From Puniceicoccales bacterium (GTDB lineage: Bacteria; Verrucomicrobiota; Verrucomicrobiia; Opitutales; JAIRLG01), in NCBI GenBank assembly GCA_031279255.1, contig JAITIW010000029.1, positions 1-51,022 on the forward strand: DNA of 51,022 nt, read 5' to 3'. The position numbers were made by a program, and so were the translations under genes. The notes under the pieces are model-generated. The model was not told the DNA's origin and searched no databases. It saw nothing but the letters and a program-made list of their open reading frames with translations. Positions 27,897-39,032 of the stretch are shown one piece after another; position 1 is the first letter of the stretch, and each line of letters begins with the position of its first letter.

Positions 27897-29282
27897 ATGG
27901 TCCACACCAAATCATCTTCATTACATCGCGTACCGCCCCATAGCCCTGAATTCGAACAGGCTCTGCTGGCCAGCTGCATCCTCGAAGGAGGGCAAGAAAG
28001 CGTTGATCTTTGCCTACAAGCTCACATCCAGCCCGATTCCTTTTATATCCCAGCGCATCAGACAATTTTTAAAGCCATTTGTTCGCTTTCCGATGAAGCT
28101 AAACCTGTCTCAGAATTACTCCTCTCCGAAAAGCTCTCCGCCCAAGGGGAATTCGAAAATATCGGTGGATACGATTACCTCAACCTCATCACGAATCGCA
28201 TCGATACACCGGCCCATGTCCATCATTACATTCAAAGGGTTCGTGATCTTGCGCTCATTCGCCGCATCATTCGCGTCTCAACCCAAAGCATAGAGAAGGC
28301 CTACGCCGGCGTCGATGATGTCGACCAATTTGTAGAACAGGTCGAAAAATCCGTCTTTGCCGTGAGCCAAGATCGGCTCTCCGACAGCGCCGCGCACATT
28401 CAGAAATCCATCGACCGCGTGGGTGGCCTCATCAAGCAGATGTCAGAGCACAAAGGCAATGTCACCGGAGTATCTTCCGGCTTTATCGATCTTGACAAAA
28501 AAACCTTTGGGTTCCATCCGGCTGAAATGATCGTTGTGGCGGCTCGTCCCTCCATCGGAAAAACGAGTCTAGCCCTGAGTTTTGCCAAAACCGCTGTTCT
28601 GCTCGAAAAAGAAGAGCAAAAAATTTTTCCGACGCTTTTCTTCAGCCTCGAAATGAGTTCCGACCAATTGGCCATGCGTTTACTCTGCAGTCAATCCGGA
28701 GTCGACATGACCAAGCTCAAAGATGGTCGTGTTCCTCAAGAAGGCTTAAAAGCTCTAACCAAAATCAGTCATCAATTTAGCAAAGCACCGCTATGGATCG
28801 ACGAATCGGCCAACATGACGATTCTAGAAATGCGGGCCAAAGCGAGACGACTGCATAATCAACATCCACTGGGACTCATCATCATCGATTACCTACAGCT
28901 CATTTCCGGGAGCGATGCTCGTGCTCTGCGGGAACAGCAAATTGCCGAAATCTCACGCGGCATCAAAGCAATGGCTAAGGAATTGGCGATCCCCGTCATT
29001 GTCCTGAGCCAGCTGAACCGCGAATCTGAAAAGGAACGGCGCCAACCTCGTCTTTCGGACTTGCGCGAATCCGGCTCCATCGAACAAGATGCCGATGTGG
29101 TTCTGCTCCTTGCCAAGCGCCGCGATGTCGATGAGGACGAAGAAATGTCCAACGATACTACGATACGAGAATTGATCATCGCCAAACAACGCAATGGTCC
29201 AGTCGGTATTGTCCGTCTTGCTTTTCGAAAAAACTTAACCAAATTCGAAAACTACACAACACAGATACAATCCTTACTTTAG
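27897..29282 (+). CDS. dnaB: Replicative DNA helicase DnaB
   Basis: N-terminal PPHSPEFEQALLASCIL, Walker A ARPSIGKTSLAL, IIIDYLQL, SQLNRE and IIAKQRNGP. Confidence 0.95.
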   Translation: MVHTKSSSLHRVPPHSPEFEQALLASCILEGGQESVDLCLQAHIQPDSFYIPAHQTIFKAICSLSDEAKPVSELLLSEKLSAQGEFENIGGYDYLNLITNRIDTPAHVHHYIQRVRDLALIRRIIRVSTQSIEKAYAGVDDVDQFVEQVEKSVFAVSQDRLSDSAAHIQKSIDRVGGLIKQMSEHKGNVTGVSSGFIDLDKKTFGFHPAEMIVVAARPSIGKTSLALSFAKTAVLLEKEEQKIFPTLFFSLEMSSDQLAMRLLCSQSGVDMTKLKDGRVPQEGLKALTKISHQFSKAPLWIDESANMTILEMRAKARRLHNQHPLGLIIIDYLQLISGSDARALREQQIAEISRGIKAMAKELAIPVIVLSQLNRESEKERRQPRLSDLRESGSIEQDADVVLLLAKRRDVDEDEEMSNDTTIRELIIAKQRNGPVGIVRLAFRKNLTKFENYTTQIQSLL

Positions 29283-29287
29283 TTTCT

Positions 29288-31633
29288 ATGAAATTTCACA
29301 ATCGTTTTTGTTGTTTCCTATGTTTCCTCTTGCCATACGGCCATCTGCTTCAGGCGGAACCTGATGGGAAACGCGTCCAAAGCATTGAATTTATTTTCGA
29401 TGAAAATGCTCCTAAAGTCCATAGGGATTTCCTCATGGCTCGTATCGCCCTGAGAAAGGATGAACCTTTTAAGTCCTACCTTGCCGATCGCTCCATGCAA
29501 TCCCTTTATGAGACAGGCTTGTTTTCCAATATTACGATCAAGACGGAAGAGAAAAACGAAGAAGTTACGGTGATCTTTTACTTCGAAACTCTACTCAAAA
29601 TTCACGCCCTTCATTTTAAAGGAAATCAGAAGATCAGCACTTCTACGCTGCTCAAAAAAATCCAAAGTCGCACCGGACAAAGTGCCCAGCCTCCACGACT
29701 CCATGAGGATGCGCAACAGATTCAGAAATTTTATCGCGAAAAAGGATTTCCTTTCATCCAGGTACAGTACCAGATTGATACGCCACCTCATCATTCTCCT
29801 CACGAATGCGACGTATCGTTTCTCATCGATGAGGGTATTAAATACCGCATCCAGAAGATAAACTTTACGGGGAATGATCCCATGAAGCCCTCTCAGCTCC
29901 GCAAAGCCATGATAACGCGGACGTGGCATATCTTCTCATGGCTCACAAAGCGCGGATTTTTCCTGGATGAAATCTTTCAACATGACCTTCAGGTTTTACA
30001 AAACATTTTTCAAGACGCCGGCTATCTCGATGTCCGCATCGATCCCCAAGAGGTCATCTTCCAATACCTTCCTAAAGGAAGCCTTTGGATCACCATTAAC
30101 ATCCACAGAGGAGAGCTCTACACGATTGGAACGGTATCCATCCCCTCCGTAGAAATTTTCACTTCGGAAGAGTTACAGCAACAGTTGGCTCTAACTTCCG
30201 GCCAGGTCTATTCCCCATCTGCCATTGACGAAGCTCGTGAACGCATTCAGGATCTGTATGGCTCCAAAGGTTATCTCCATACAGAAGTCTCCCTCATCTC
30301 AACGCCTTCGGCCACAAAAGATCACGTCATGGATCTGCGCTTGGAAATCGAAGAAGGCTTACCCTGCTCCCTCCGGGATATCCACATCAAGGGCAATACC
30401 AGGACGAAAAACAAAGTTATTCTGCGCGAACTTTCGCTAGCTCCCGGAGATCCTCTCGATACGGTGCGGATGAGAACCAGTCAGCAACGCCTGCGCAATA
30501 CTCATTTTTTCGAAGAAGTTGTCGTGCAACCCGAAGACTGTCAATCCCTGAGCCAAAAGGACCTTTCGATCCAAGTCAAAGAAAAGACCACGGGGAAAGT
30601 TTCGTTGGGAGGGGCCATAAGTGCTGCCAATAATATCATTGTTTTTCTCAATATTTCCCAATCTAATTTCGATCTCTTCAGCCCCAAGACGCGTTTTCAA
30701 GGCGCTGGCCAGAAGTTTAATGCGCGTTTACAGCTGGGCACGCGCAGCAGCTCTGCCTCGCTGATCTTTGAAGAGCCGTGGTTATTCGACCGGGAACTCA
30801 CCTTCGGCTGTGAACTCTTTGCCACGCGAGATCGATTCAAAAGTTCCGACTTTAACTACGACGGGCCGTCCTACCATGAAAAACACCTGGGGACCGAAAT
30901 TTATTTCCGCAAAGCACTTTGGGAATACTGGATCGGGAAGCTGAGCTATCGCATCGAACGTCAAAAGATCGGCAATGTAGGCGAAAAAGCACCTTTTGAG
31001 CTCAAGCAGGATGTCGGTCGTCGATCCATTTCCCGCGTCGGTCTTTCACTGGAGCGTGATACACGCGATGATCTTTACGTCCCGACTCAAGGTTCCTACA
31101 TCGACATCAACAATGAGATTTCTGGCGGTATTTTCGGTGGCAGCACTCATTTTCATCGTCTTGAAACTTCGGCGGCGCGTTGGTTTTCGATCCACAAAAA
31201 AAATGAACAAGTCCTCTCGTTTTCGGGACATTTAGGAAGCCTGAGTGCTTTTCGAAACAAGAGAATTCCCTACACCGAGAGATTTTTTCTCGGCGGCAAT
31301 GATGAGATGAGAGGCTTCGGTTCGCGGGACATTGGGCCACACGACGCCGAAGGATACGTCATCGGCGGAAATTCCCTCGTCTATGCCTGCGCCGAGTATT
31401 CCTTTGAACTCTTCGATCCTGTGCGGTTTGCTATTTTTACAGAACTGGGTTACGTCAATGCCAAGAAATTCGACTTTAACCCTAAGGCTTACCATTCCGA
31501 TTACGGCTTTGGCCTACGTATTCTCGTCATGGGTGCTCCACTGAGGCTCGATTTTGGCTTCCCGGGACATAAGGCAAAAGAGACTCAAAAGCACAAAATG
31601 CAGTTCAATTTTTCCTTTAGTACGACATTTTAG
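29288..31633 (+). CDS. bamA: Outer membrane protein assembly factor BamA
   Basis: 781 aa. Signal peptide, POTRA-like repeats (I..I.F.GN), a C-terminal barrel with the RGFG motif (GNDEMRGFG), and a terminal F. Confidence 0.9.
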   Translation: MKFHNRFCCFLCFLLPYGHLLQAEPDGKRVQSIEFIFDENAPKVHRDFLMARIALRKDEPFKSYLADRSMQSLYETGLFSNITIKTEEKNEEVTVIFYFETLLKIHALHFKGNQKISTSTLLKKIQSRTGQSAQPPRLHEDAQQIQKFYREKGFPFIQVQYQIDTPPHHSPHECDVSFLIDEGIKYRIQKINFTGNDPMKPSQLRKAMITRTWHIFSWLTKRGFFLDEIFQHDLQVLQNIFQDAGYLDVRIDPQEVIFQYLPKGSLWITINIHRGELYTIGTVSIPSVEIFTSEELQQQLALTSGQVYSPSAIDEARERIQDLYGSKGYLHTEVSLISTPSATKDHVMDLRLEIEEGLPCSLRDIHIKGNTRTKNKVILRELSLAPGDPLDTVRMRTSQQRLRNTHFFEEVVVQPEDCQSLSQKDLSIQVKEKTTGKVSLGGAISAANNIIVFLNISQSNFDLFSPKTRFQGAGQKFNARLQLGTRSSSASLIFEEPWLFDRELTFGCELFATRDRFKSSDFNYDGPSYHEKHLGTEIYFRKALWEYWIGKLSYRIERQKIGNVGEKAPFELKQDVGRRSISRVGLSLERDTRDDLYVPTQGSYIDINNEISGGIFGGSTHFHRLETSAARWFSIHKKNEQVLSFSGHLGSLSAFRNKRIPYTERFFLGGNDEMRGFGSRDIGPHDAEGYVIGGNSLVYACAEYSFELFDPVRFAIFTELGYVNAKKFDFNPKAYHSDYGFGLRILVMGAPLRLDFGFPGHKAKETQKHKMQFNFSFSTTF

Positions 31634-31753
31634 GCAAGCCATAACGTTCCCAAGGAATCTTTTTCCATGAAGAGAGATATTTTTCGTTTTCGTAAAAATT
31701 CCCGTCGCCAAAGGAATTTCCAGGATTACAGCCGCAAAATGGCATTTTGATCT

Positions 31754-33664
31754 TTAGGGTTTGTGAAGAGATTCTAGGTAAATCCAAAGAAGTTGCACAT
31801 CGGCGGGACTGACACCACTGATACGCGATGCTTGGCCCAAAGTCTCCGGCAAAATCTGAAAAAACTTCTGTCGGCTTTCATTCCGTAGGCCCTTGATGGC
31901 GTTGTAATCCACGTGTTCTGGAATGGGAACAGCTTCCATCTCACCCATTTTTTCGATCTGCCGACGATCGCGTTCCATATAACCGGCATATCCAATGCGA
32001 TACAGAACCTCCTCACGAACTTCTGAAGAAAATTCTTTGAAAGAATCCGGCAAAATTTTTGCTAAATGTTCATAATTCTGCCGTACGGCATCGGCCAATG
32101 TAGAACCTTCTTGCCAATGCATCGACTCAAGCTGCTCCATACCTAGCTGAATGGCTTGTTGTTTCGCCTCAATGCGATAAATCCTCGAAGACGACAACAG
32201 TCCGTAGCATTTGGCATATGCCAGCAATCGCAATTCTGCACTGTGATGATTGAGCAATAGTCGATATTCCGCTCGGCTTGTGAACATTCGATATGGCTCA
32301 ACGGTTCCCTTCGTCACGAGATCATCAATGAGGACACCTATATAGGCTTCATGGCGTTTGATGATCAATGGCTCTTCGCGGCGTACCCAAGCCACGGCAT
32401 TGATTCCAGCCACGAGTCCCTGAGCCGCTGCTTCTTCATATCCAGAAGTGCCATTGACCTGTCCGGCACAGAATAATCCCGATATGATCTTGGACTCCAA
32501 CGATGGTTTTAATTGTGTCGGTGGCATATAATCATATTCTACCGCATAGGCCGGACGTACTATACAGGCCTGTTCCAGTCCTGGTATGGTCTTCAGCATT
32601 GCGTACTGAATTTCCAACGGCAGGCTCGTCGAAAGACCATTGATATACCACTCATCGGTCGCGTATCCCTCGGGTTCCAAAAATAAACGATGTTCTAATT
32701 TATCTGGAAATTTTACATATTTGTCCTCAATACTCGGACAATAGCGCGGGCCATTGCCGCTAATGGCACCGGAATACAACGGCGACCACTGCAAAGACGA
32801 CTGTATCAATTCCCGCGTAGTGTCCTGAGTATGCGTCATCCAGCAGGAGCGCTGTTTTCGAACTAACAAGTCTCCTTTCGTCAAATAGGTCTTTTCTAAT
32901 CCCTCAGCCGTGGGAAATGCAGCCCAAGGGATACCTTCCTCGCCACGCGTATCATAAAATCCAAATAAAACTGGCTCGGCATCGCCCAACTGCTCTTCGC
33001 ATTGACCAAAGTCGATACTCGACCCCAGAATACGAGCCGATGTACCGGTCTTCAGACGCTTTGTTTCGATTCCAGCATCGCGAAGACTTCGCGACAATGC
33101 AATGGCTGCAAAATCCGCCAATCGCCCTCCCTCCATATGTTGCAGGCCCACATGTAGCGTGGCATTTAAAAATGTTCCCGCTGTCAAGATGATGCTCGGT
33201 GCAAAAAACTCGATCCCTAACTGCGTCCGGACACCTACAGCCCTTCCATCTTCCACCAAAAGATCCGTCACCAAAGCCTGCAGAAGGCAAAGATTTTCCT
33301 GCCGCTCTAAAATCCACTTCATGCGGAACTGGTAGGCTCTCTTATCACTCTGGGCACGCGGCGATTGAACCGCTAGACCTTTCGAGCGATTCAGTAAACG
33401 CCACTGAAGTGCTGTCGCGTCGGCATTGATGGCCATCTCGCCACCCAATGTATCGATTTCACGCACAATTTGGCCCTTAGCCTGGCCTCCAATGGCTGGA
33501 TTACAGCTCATCTGCGCAATCGTATCGTTGTTGCCAGTCAATAGCAGGACACGAGCCCCGCGACGAGCCGCTATCAATGCCGCTTCACAGCCCGCATGAC
33601 CGGCACCGCATACGATCACGTCGTAGGGATTTTCGCGACCATACTCTCGGGATAGCTGGATCAT
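31754..33664 (-). CDS. mnmG: tRNA uridine 5-carboxymethylaminomethyl modification enzyme MnmG (GidA)
   Basis: FAD fold [36 protein letters not shown] and [19 protein letters not shown]. Confidence 0.95.
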   Translation of the reverse strand: MIQLSREYGRENPYDVIVCGAGHAGCEAALIAARRGARVLLLTGNNDTIAQMSCNPAIGGQAKGQIVREIDTLGGEMAINADATALQWRLLNRSKGLAVQSPRAQSDKRAYQFRMKWILERQENLCLLQALVTDLLVEDGRAVGVRTQLGIEFFAPSIILTAGTFLNATLHVGLQHMEGGRLADFAAIALSRSLRDAGIETKRLKTGTSARILGSSIDFGQCEEQLGDAEPVLFGFYDTRGEEGIPWAAFPTAEGLEKTYLTKGDLLVRKQRSCWMTHTQDTTRELIQSSLQWSPLYSGAISGNGPRYCPSIEDKYVKFPDKLEHRLFLEPEGYATDEWYINGLSTSLPLEIQYAMLKTIPGLEQACIVRPAYAVEYDYMPPTQLKPSLESKIISGLFCAGQVNGTSGYEEAAAQGLVAGINAVAWVRREEPLIIKRHEAYIGVLIDDLVTKGTVEPYRMFTSRAEYRLLLNHHSAELRLLAYAKCYGLLSSSRIYRIEAKQQAIQLGMEQLESMHWQEGSTLADAVRQNYEHLAKILPDSFKEFSSEVREEVLYRIGYAGYMERDRRQIEKMGEMEAVPIPEHVDYNAIKGLRNESRQKFFQILPETLGQASRISGVSPADVQLLWIYLESLHKP

Positions 33665-33824
33665 GGTCCTTCAGAAAAGAACTCATTGGGAAATGGCGAC
33701 CTGTAAATTCTACTCGGCAGTTTTCCATATAAGCCATGCAAGGCTCATCTCTAGTGGATATTACGCGCAAACAGTTCATATGCAGCCCACGTACTCACGT
33801 TAGTCGTTGAGCCGGGAATGCTAA

Positions 33825-34322
33825 TCAAATGCGCATAAAAAACGAGGGATCGATGCCACCGACAGGCTTATCTTCTGGCTGACTAGCAGTTGAAGATTTA
33901 TCGGAATGTTCCGATATTTCCCCTCTTGCAAAGTTTACCATCTTTTCATTCCACTCCTCTACCTGTGTCACAAAGCTTTCGAACAACGTCTTAAAATGTT
34001 CCAGCTCAATAAACTTGCTCGGTAAAAGACATAAAATACCGATTTGATTGGATTCTTGGCTGTAGGAAAACGTAAAACCAGCGCCTTCGAGTGTGCCATT
34101 TTCACGGTTAAAAAAACGAAAAATCTCCTTCTGTATCATTTCGGGAACTTCGCCAATTTCGGAGTAGAAGATGACGCCATCGAAATAGGGATTAAACTTC
34201 AAATGAATCTCTAAATTGTCTTTAGCGGATAGGCAACAATAGCCAGTTGGATCGACTTGTAACGCCGCCCCAATCTCGCGCCCGAAAGCGCTGATCACAC
34301 TCGCCATCTGATCACACGACAT
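33825..34322 (-). CDS. CesT/SycE-class type III secretion chaperone-like protein
   Basis: 165 aa, acidic. Layout typical of the class: N-terminal helix (ISAFGREIG), D..G.C.L...... I.L, then IGEVP, GA.F....... and a C-terminal helix (FESFVTQVEEW), plus a disordered tail. The assignment is by pattern recognition only. Confidence 0.55.
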   Translation of the reverse strand: MSCDQMASVISAFGREIGAALQVDPTGYCCLSAKDNLEIHLKFNPYFDGVIFYSEIGEVPEMIQKEIFRFFNRENGTLEGAGFTFSYSQESNQIGILCLLPSKFIELEHFKTLFESFVTQVEEWNEKMVNFARGEISEHSDKSSTASQPEDKPVGGIDPSFFMRI

Positions 34323-34415
34323 ATCCTATCCTCTCATCTCAAAACCGAATGCCAGTATGCTAAAATTTTCTCATCAAAGGTCAATACTATAAGTAGGATC
34401 CAGGCGAAAAGAAAT

Positions 34416-36317
34416 TTACACCAGAAACGAAAGAATACTCCTTTCCACTGAGTCGACCGAAATTTTCTCCATTGTCTTTCCATCAGCCGAGTGGAGTTCG
34501 ATATGGGGCGCGTCAAAAAATAAACCCGTACGTTGCGAAGATGTCGGCCCATAGAGAACGACGGTCGGAACACCCATGGCGTTAGCCAGATGAACAGCTC
34601 CCGTATCATTCCCAACGACGACAGAACAAGAGGATAAGATGTTGGCCAATTCATGGAGATCCGTCTTTCCAACGAGGGAAGTGACCCTTTTATCGGAAAA
34701 TCCTTCATGCCCTGATAGATGAGCGGCATCCTGTACCGTTCCCAAAAGTATGATGCGCTGGCAACGTCCAGAGGACAATAATTGTGATATCAATTGTTCC
34801 CAACAGGCCACAGGCCATCGCTTTTCGGGCATATTCGAACTGCCACAGATCATGGCCACGACATTGGCCGCAGATTTAACATATGTTTCTTGAGGAGCAT
34901 TGGAAATTTCTTCTCGCATCCCCATGGATTGGAAAAAACGTTCCCATAATCGCGTCTGGTGAATTTCCAAAGTATCGGCTGGCGCTACCCACGGATGACG
35001 GACAAAAATTCGTCTCCTATCCGGAATTTGTATGCCAAATGTCTCATACGCCCGCAGAACTTTCGCCTCCAAATCTCCTCTGAGGGAATGCGTCAGAAGG
35101 ATATAAAAATCCGGCATTTCCTGGCTCAATGAACGCACATCCCAAAAATATCTCCAACCCTTGCGAGGTAAGCTCAAGAAACGATCCGCCAAGCCCCAGC
35201 GCGATATGAGCGGAGCCAATGAAGCCTGTCCCAGCAACGTAATCGTCGCATCCGGCCGCATATTTTTTAACTTTCTCAACAGAGGCACGGCCATGACAAA
35301 ATCGCCGAGCCAATTCGGAAGGCGTACCCAAATCCTCGTCTGCCCATGGCGCACGACATCCGCACGCACCGCCAGATCAACGGCAAAGGCATTGCGTTTG
35401 TGATTAATATGCAAAAACGAATGGGGTTCATCCTGCGTATGCCATCGGCGATGTACCCATAACCAATCCTGGCAAACTGATTCATCAGAACGTAAAAGAT
35501 TTTCCAGCCAACGGTTCCCAACCTGGGCCCATGATCGCTCATCAGGCTTTTTTACGAGACGCTCTATTTCAAACTGAATTTTAGCAAATCCCAAACGACG
35601 CGGCCACAGAGCATAGACCTCGGCCTGATGACCATATGTGGCCAATAAATTCACAAGGTCGCTCGTGGAGGCCAAGCGGCCCATAAAATGTGTCAAAACA
35701 CCGCTCTTGCCAGCATTTTGATCGCCCAAAAGTGCCACAACGGCATTGGAATGTATCCTCTCTTTGGCCTTTAAAAGGCCATCTTTTCGGGAAAGTAATT
35801 CGATACCGAAACGTTCTCTGGTGCGATATATCCAGTCGTTGATCCATGGATTTTTCAAGGGACGGAATAAAACACATATGTGCGTTTTTGGAGAAAATTC
35901 TGAAACGAATAATGGCAGCCATGTCGCCGATTCCAGCATACTTAAATGCGGCATCCACAGTAGCAGCGGACGAGGCCGATCGCGGATATCCAAAAGACAT
36001 TTTTGCAACGTTTCCGAAAGAGAACTGTGTCTTCGGATGCATGCTTCGGTGAAAAAAGGTGAAGCCAAAGCCAAGCAACCCATTTCGATCATACGTCCAC
36101 AACTCGTCCGACCGATATGTCTTTTCCATGACCAAGAACGATGAGGAAAGGCATGATCGAGATTGGACAAGAGGACCCGACGGCGCTCGGGAAATGTATA
36201 ATAAAATATCCACCCCATCACTGTCGAGAGCCATACCACACTCCGAGATGGCATGAGCGACAAAACATATCCCAAACTCCCCAAAAGTCCCCTCATCAGG
36301 ACTTCCGTTATTTTCAT
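34416..36317 (-). CDS. Fusion protein: LpxL/HtrB-type lipid A acyltransferase (N) plus GT9 heptosyltransferase-like domain (C)
   Basis: The N half has LPLAT features (FPHRSW, PHLSMLE H-x4-E motif, LGDQNAG). The C half has GT9 features (RLPNWLGDFVMAVPLLRKLK, EKRWP, VGNDTGAVHLANAMGVPTVVLYGPT). ATG 36317 is preferred; it leaves a 1-nt gap to the fabF stop. Confidence 0.7.
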   Translation of the reverse strand: MKITEVLMRGLLGSLGYVLSLMPSRSVVWLSTVMGWIFYYTFPERRRVLLSNLDHAFPHRSWSWKRHIGRTSCGRMIEMGCLALASPFFTEACIRRHSSLSETLQKCLLDIRDRPRPLLLWMPHLSMLESATWLPLFVSEFSPKTHICVLFRPLKNPWINDWIYRTRERFGIELLSRKDGLLKAKERIHSNAVVALLGDQNAGKSGVLTHFMGRLASTSDLVNLLATYGHQAEVYALWPRRLGFAKIQFEIERLVKKPDERSWAQVGNRWLENLLRSDESVCQDWLWVHRRWHTQDEPHSFLHINHKRNAFAVDLAVRADVVRHGQTRIWVRLPNWLGDFVMAVPLLRKLKNMRPDATITLLGQASLAPLISRWGLADRFLSLPRKGWRYFWDVRSLSQEMPDFYILLTHSLRGDLEAKVLRAYETFGIQIPDRRRIFVRHPWVAPADTLEIHQTRLWERFFQSMGMREEISNAPQETYVKSAANVVAMICGSSNMPEKRWPVACWEQLISQLLSSGRCQRIILLGTVQDAAHLSGHEGFSDKRVTSLVGKTDLHELANILSSCSVVVGNDTGAVHLANAMGVPTVVLYGPTSSQRTGLFFDAPHIELHSADGKTMEKISVDSVERSILSFLV

Positions 36318-36318
36318 A

Positions 36319-37584
36319 TCAGATACCCTCGAAGCGACGGAAGAGAAGAGCTGCATTCTGTCCACCAAATGCCAAATTTTCGCTCAAAGCTATCCGCACA
36401 TCCTTACGTATGGCCTTATGGGGAATATAATTCAGATCACACTCCGGATCCGGATATTCATAATTCATCGTCGGAGGAATGATGCCTGAACAGATACTCT
36501 GAATGGCCACGATGGCCTCGATTCCTCCCGCAGCGCCTAAAAGGTGGCCGGTCATACTCTTGGTCGAGCTGATGGGGATGTCATAGGCTGCCTTACCAAA
36601 GACCTTTTTAATAGCCAGTGTCTCACATTTGTCGTTATAGACGGTCGATGTGCCGTGTGCATTGATGTAATCGACCTCTTCTGGAGCGCAATGAGCGCTT
36701 TCCAGTAAATTCTGCAGACAAATCGTCAATCCTTCACCTTCAGGATCAGGCGATGTGATGTGATAGGCATCGCAAGAAGCGGCATAGGAGATAAGCTCCG
36801 CATAGATTCTAGCATTTCTCGACAGGGCATGTTCCAGCGTCTCCAGGACAACAACTCCGGCCCCTTCGCCCATCACAAAACCATCACGCTTCGCATCAAA
36901 GGGCCGGCACGCATGAGTTGGATCGTCATTAAAGGCCATACTCATCGCCCGCATGGCACAAAATCCAGCAAAACTCAGTTCACTCAGGGCCGCTTCGCTA
37001 CCGCCGGCAATCATGACGTCCGCTTTCCCAAGATATAAGAGCTGAAAGGCTTCACCGATGGCATGTGAACCGGCCGCACAAGCTGTTGCTGTCGCAAAAT
37101 TAGGCCCTCTTGCCCCTATTTCGATGGCCACGATACCCGATGCGATGTTGCAGATGAGCGAAGGTATCATAAAAGGAGAGACCTTGTGCGTCTCCGAATG
37201 ATGAAACTTCCCCGTTTGAACTCGAATCGTCTCCATCCCACCGATTCCAGATCCGATCACCACACCCACTCGACCGGGATGCTGAGCTTGAGAAACCGAA
37301 AAAGAAGCATCGGCCAGAGCCTTTTTAGCGGCCGCGACCGCAAAATGAGCAAAGCGATCATTTCGCTGAACTTCTTTAAAGTCCATGTAGAGGCTCGGAT
37401 CGAAATCTTTAACCTCCGCCGCAATCTTACAATTGCAATGCTGAGTATCAAAACGCGTAATCCTTTCGATGCCAGAAACCCCTGTAGTTACATGCTTCCA
37501 GAACGTATCGATCTCGCTACCAATCGGTGTAACAAGACCCATTCCCGTTACCACAACGCGTTGCTTTGGCGAAAGGGAACTCAC
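36319..37584 (-). CDS. fabF: 3-oxoacyl-ACP synthase II
   Basis: Active-site Cys context ATACAAGSHAIG, His motifs NAHGTST and GHLLGAAG. 421 aa. Confidence 0.95.
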   Translation of the reverse strand: MSSLSPKQRVVVTGMGLVTPIGSEIDTFWKHVTTGVSGIERITRFDTQHCNCKIAAEVKDFDPSLYMDFKEVQRNDRFAHFAVAAAKKALADASFSVSQAQHPGRVGVVIGSGIGGMETIRVQTGKFHHSETHKVSPFMIPSLICNIASGIVAIEIGARGPNFATATACAAGSHAIGEAFQLLYLGKADVMIAGGSEAALSELSFAGFCAMRAMSMAFNDDPTHACRPFDAKRDGFVMGEGAGVVVLETLEHALSRNARIYAELISYAASCDAYHITSPDPEGEGLTICLQNLLESAHCAPEEVDYINAHGTSTVYNDKCETLAIKKVFGKAAYDIPISSTKSMTGHLLGAAGGIEAIVAIQSICSGIIPPTMNYEYPDPECDLNYIPHKAIRKDVRIALSENLAFGGQNAALLFRRFEGI

Positions 37585-37594
37585 GACGCTTATC

Positions 37595-37885
37595 TCAGGA
37601 TCCCGGTTGCGGCTCAGCCGAACTCTGTTTTTGCTCTACACGCTCGGTGATGTATTGAACGACTTCCTGTACCGTCCGTAATTTCTCCGCTTCCGCTTCA
37701 GGGATTTCACCACCCAATTCATTGGCAAATTCTTCTTCGAAAGCCATGATAAGTTCTACGGTGTCTAAAGAATCCGCACCCAAATCATTGAGAAAAGAAG
37801 CCTCCGGAGTCACTTTTTCCGCACTTACTCCCAATTGGTTGATAATGATCTCCCTAACGCGTTGTTCAATTGTTTTTTCAGTCAT
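37595..37885 (-). CDS. acpP: Acyl carrier protein with a ~15-20 aa C-terminal extension
   Basis: [19 protein letters not shown] contains the phosphopantetheine Ser motif DSLD. It lies directly upstream of fabF. Confidence 0.9.
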   Translation of the reverse strand: MTEKTIEQRVREIIINQLGVSAEKVTPEASFLNDLGADSLDTVELIMAFEEEFANELGGEIPEAEAEKLRTVQEVVQYITERVEQKQSSAEPQPGS

Positions 37886-38108
37886 ACTGCTATCGATTAC
37901 GAATAAAGCTCAGACGTAGTAAGGCAAAAATCTTTTTAAGTCAAGTGACTTCTCGGTAAACATTTTCCCAGTAAGCATCTCATTTAGGATGTTAGCCGGC
38001 CATGGGAGCGAAAAAATATTTTTATTTTTTTACAATTTTTTAAAAAATGAGTATCCTGTCATCATCTTTACGCTTGCCCCTCAGGGGACTTATGGAAGCA
38101 TATAGCCC

Positions 38109-39032
38109 ATGAAATTATTGGCTGGAAGAGCCCATAGGGCCTTAGCAGAAAAAATCAGTTCTTATCTGCAAGTTCCTCTCGGCGAGGTTGATATTTCTGA
38201 TTTTCCGAATGGAGAAACACATGTGCAAATCAAGGAAAATATCGCTGGCCATGATGTATTCCTCATCCAGTCTATGCACGAATCCGCTAACCAGCATATC
38301 ATGGAGCTGTTGCTCCTGATCGATGCGGTACGACGTGCGGCAGCGGCTCGTATTACAGCGGTTATTCCTTTTTTTGGCTATGCGCGACAGGATCATAATG
38401 ACCATCGCCAGATGTCGATTTCGGCCAAACTCATCGCCAATTTACTCGTTACAGCCGGGATTCATCGCCTCTTGACCTTAGATCTTCATCATCCGCAAAT
38501 TGCAGCTTTTTTCGATATTCCGGTCGATCACCTATCCGCCACATCGGTATTTATGCCCTATATTGAGGAGCAGAACTGGGGACCTTTGAGCATCGCTTCT
38601 CCGGACCTAGGTGGCCTCAAACGTGCGGCCGTTTATGCCGAGATGTTGCACTGCCCATTGGTTGTCCTCCGTAAACGACGGAAAGAAGATCATCGTATCG
38701 AGATCATCGATGCCATTGGAGAAATGAAGGATCGCCATATTCTTCTCGTGGACGATATGGTGGAGACGGGCCATACGCTCTGTGTCGCCAGTGAATTTTT
38801 ACGGCAAAGAGGAGCTATTTCTGTACGGGCCATCGTTTCGCATGGCGCCTGGACTCACCAGGCAATGGAACGTATACGCAGCAGCGGCATTGAGGAATTA
38901 GTGGTCACCAATTCCATTCCGATGCCTCAAAATATCGACATTCCCATCCATGTTCTCGATACGACAACTCTTTTCGGAGATGCGATACGACGTATCCACA
39001 AAACGGCGGTATCTTACGATGCAGCCCTATAA
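38109..39032 (+). CDS. prs: Ribose-phosphate pyrophosphokinase
   Basis: FPNGETHVQIKENI, YARQD and the PRPP-binding loop LLVDDMVETGHTL. Confidence 0.9.
   Translation: MKLLAGRAHRALAEKISSYLQVPLGEVDISDFPNGETHVQIKENIAGHDVFLIQSMHESANQHIMELLLLIDAVRRAAAARITAVIPFFGYARQDHNDHRQMSISAKLIANLLVTAGIHRLLTLDLHHPQIAAFFDIPVDHLSATSVFMPYIEEQNWGPLSIASPDLGGLKRAAVYAEMLHCPLVVLRKRRKEDHRIEIIDAIGEMKDRHILLVDDMVETGHTLCVASEFLRQRGAISVRAIVSHGAWTHQAMERIRSSGIEELVVTNSIPMPQNIDIPIHVLDTTTLFGDAIRRIHKTAVSYDAAL

Noticed and set aside
34334-34729. 131-aa ORF on the minus strand
   Set aside because: It lies out of frame inside the 3' end of the LpxL::GT9 gene, whose GT9 motifs occupy the other frame.
38029-38057. Sigma70-like promoter for prs (TTTACA-17 nt-TATCCT in an AT-rich tract)
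   Set aside because: The -10 is weak, and the promoter consensus of this organism is unknown. It is not strong enough to list as a feature.
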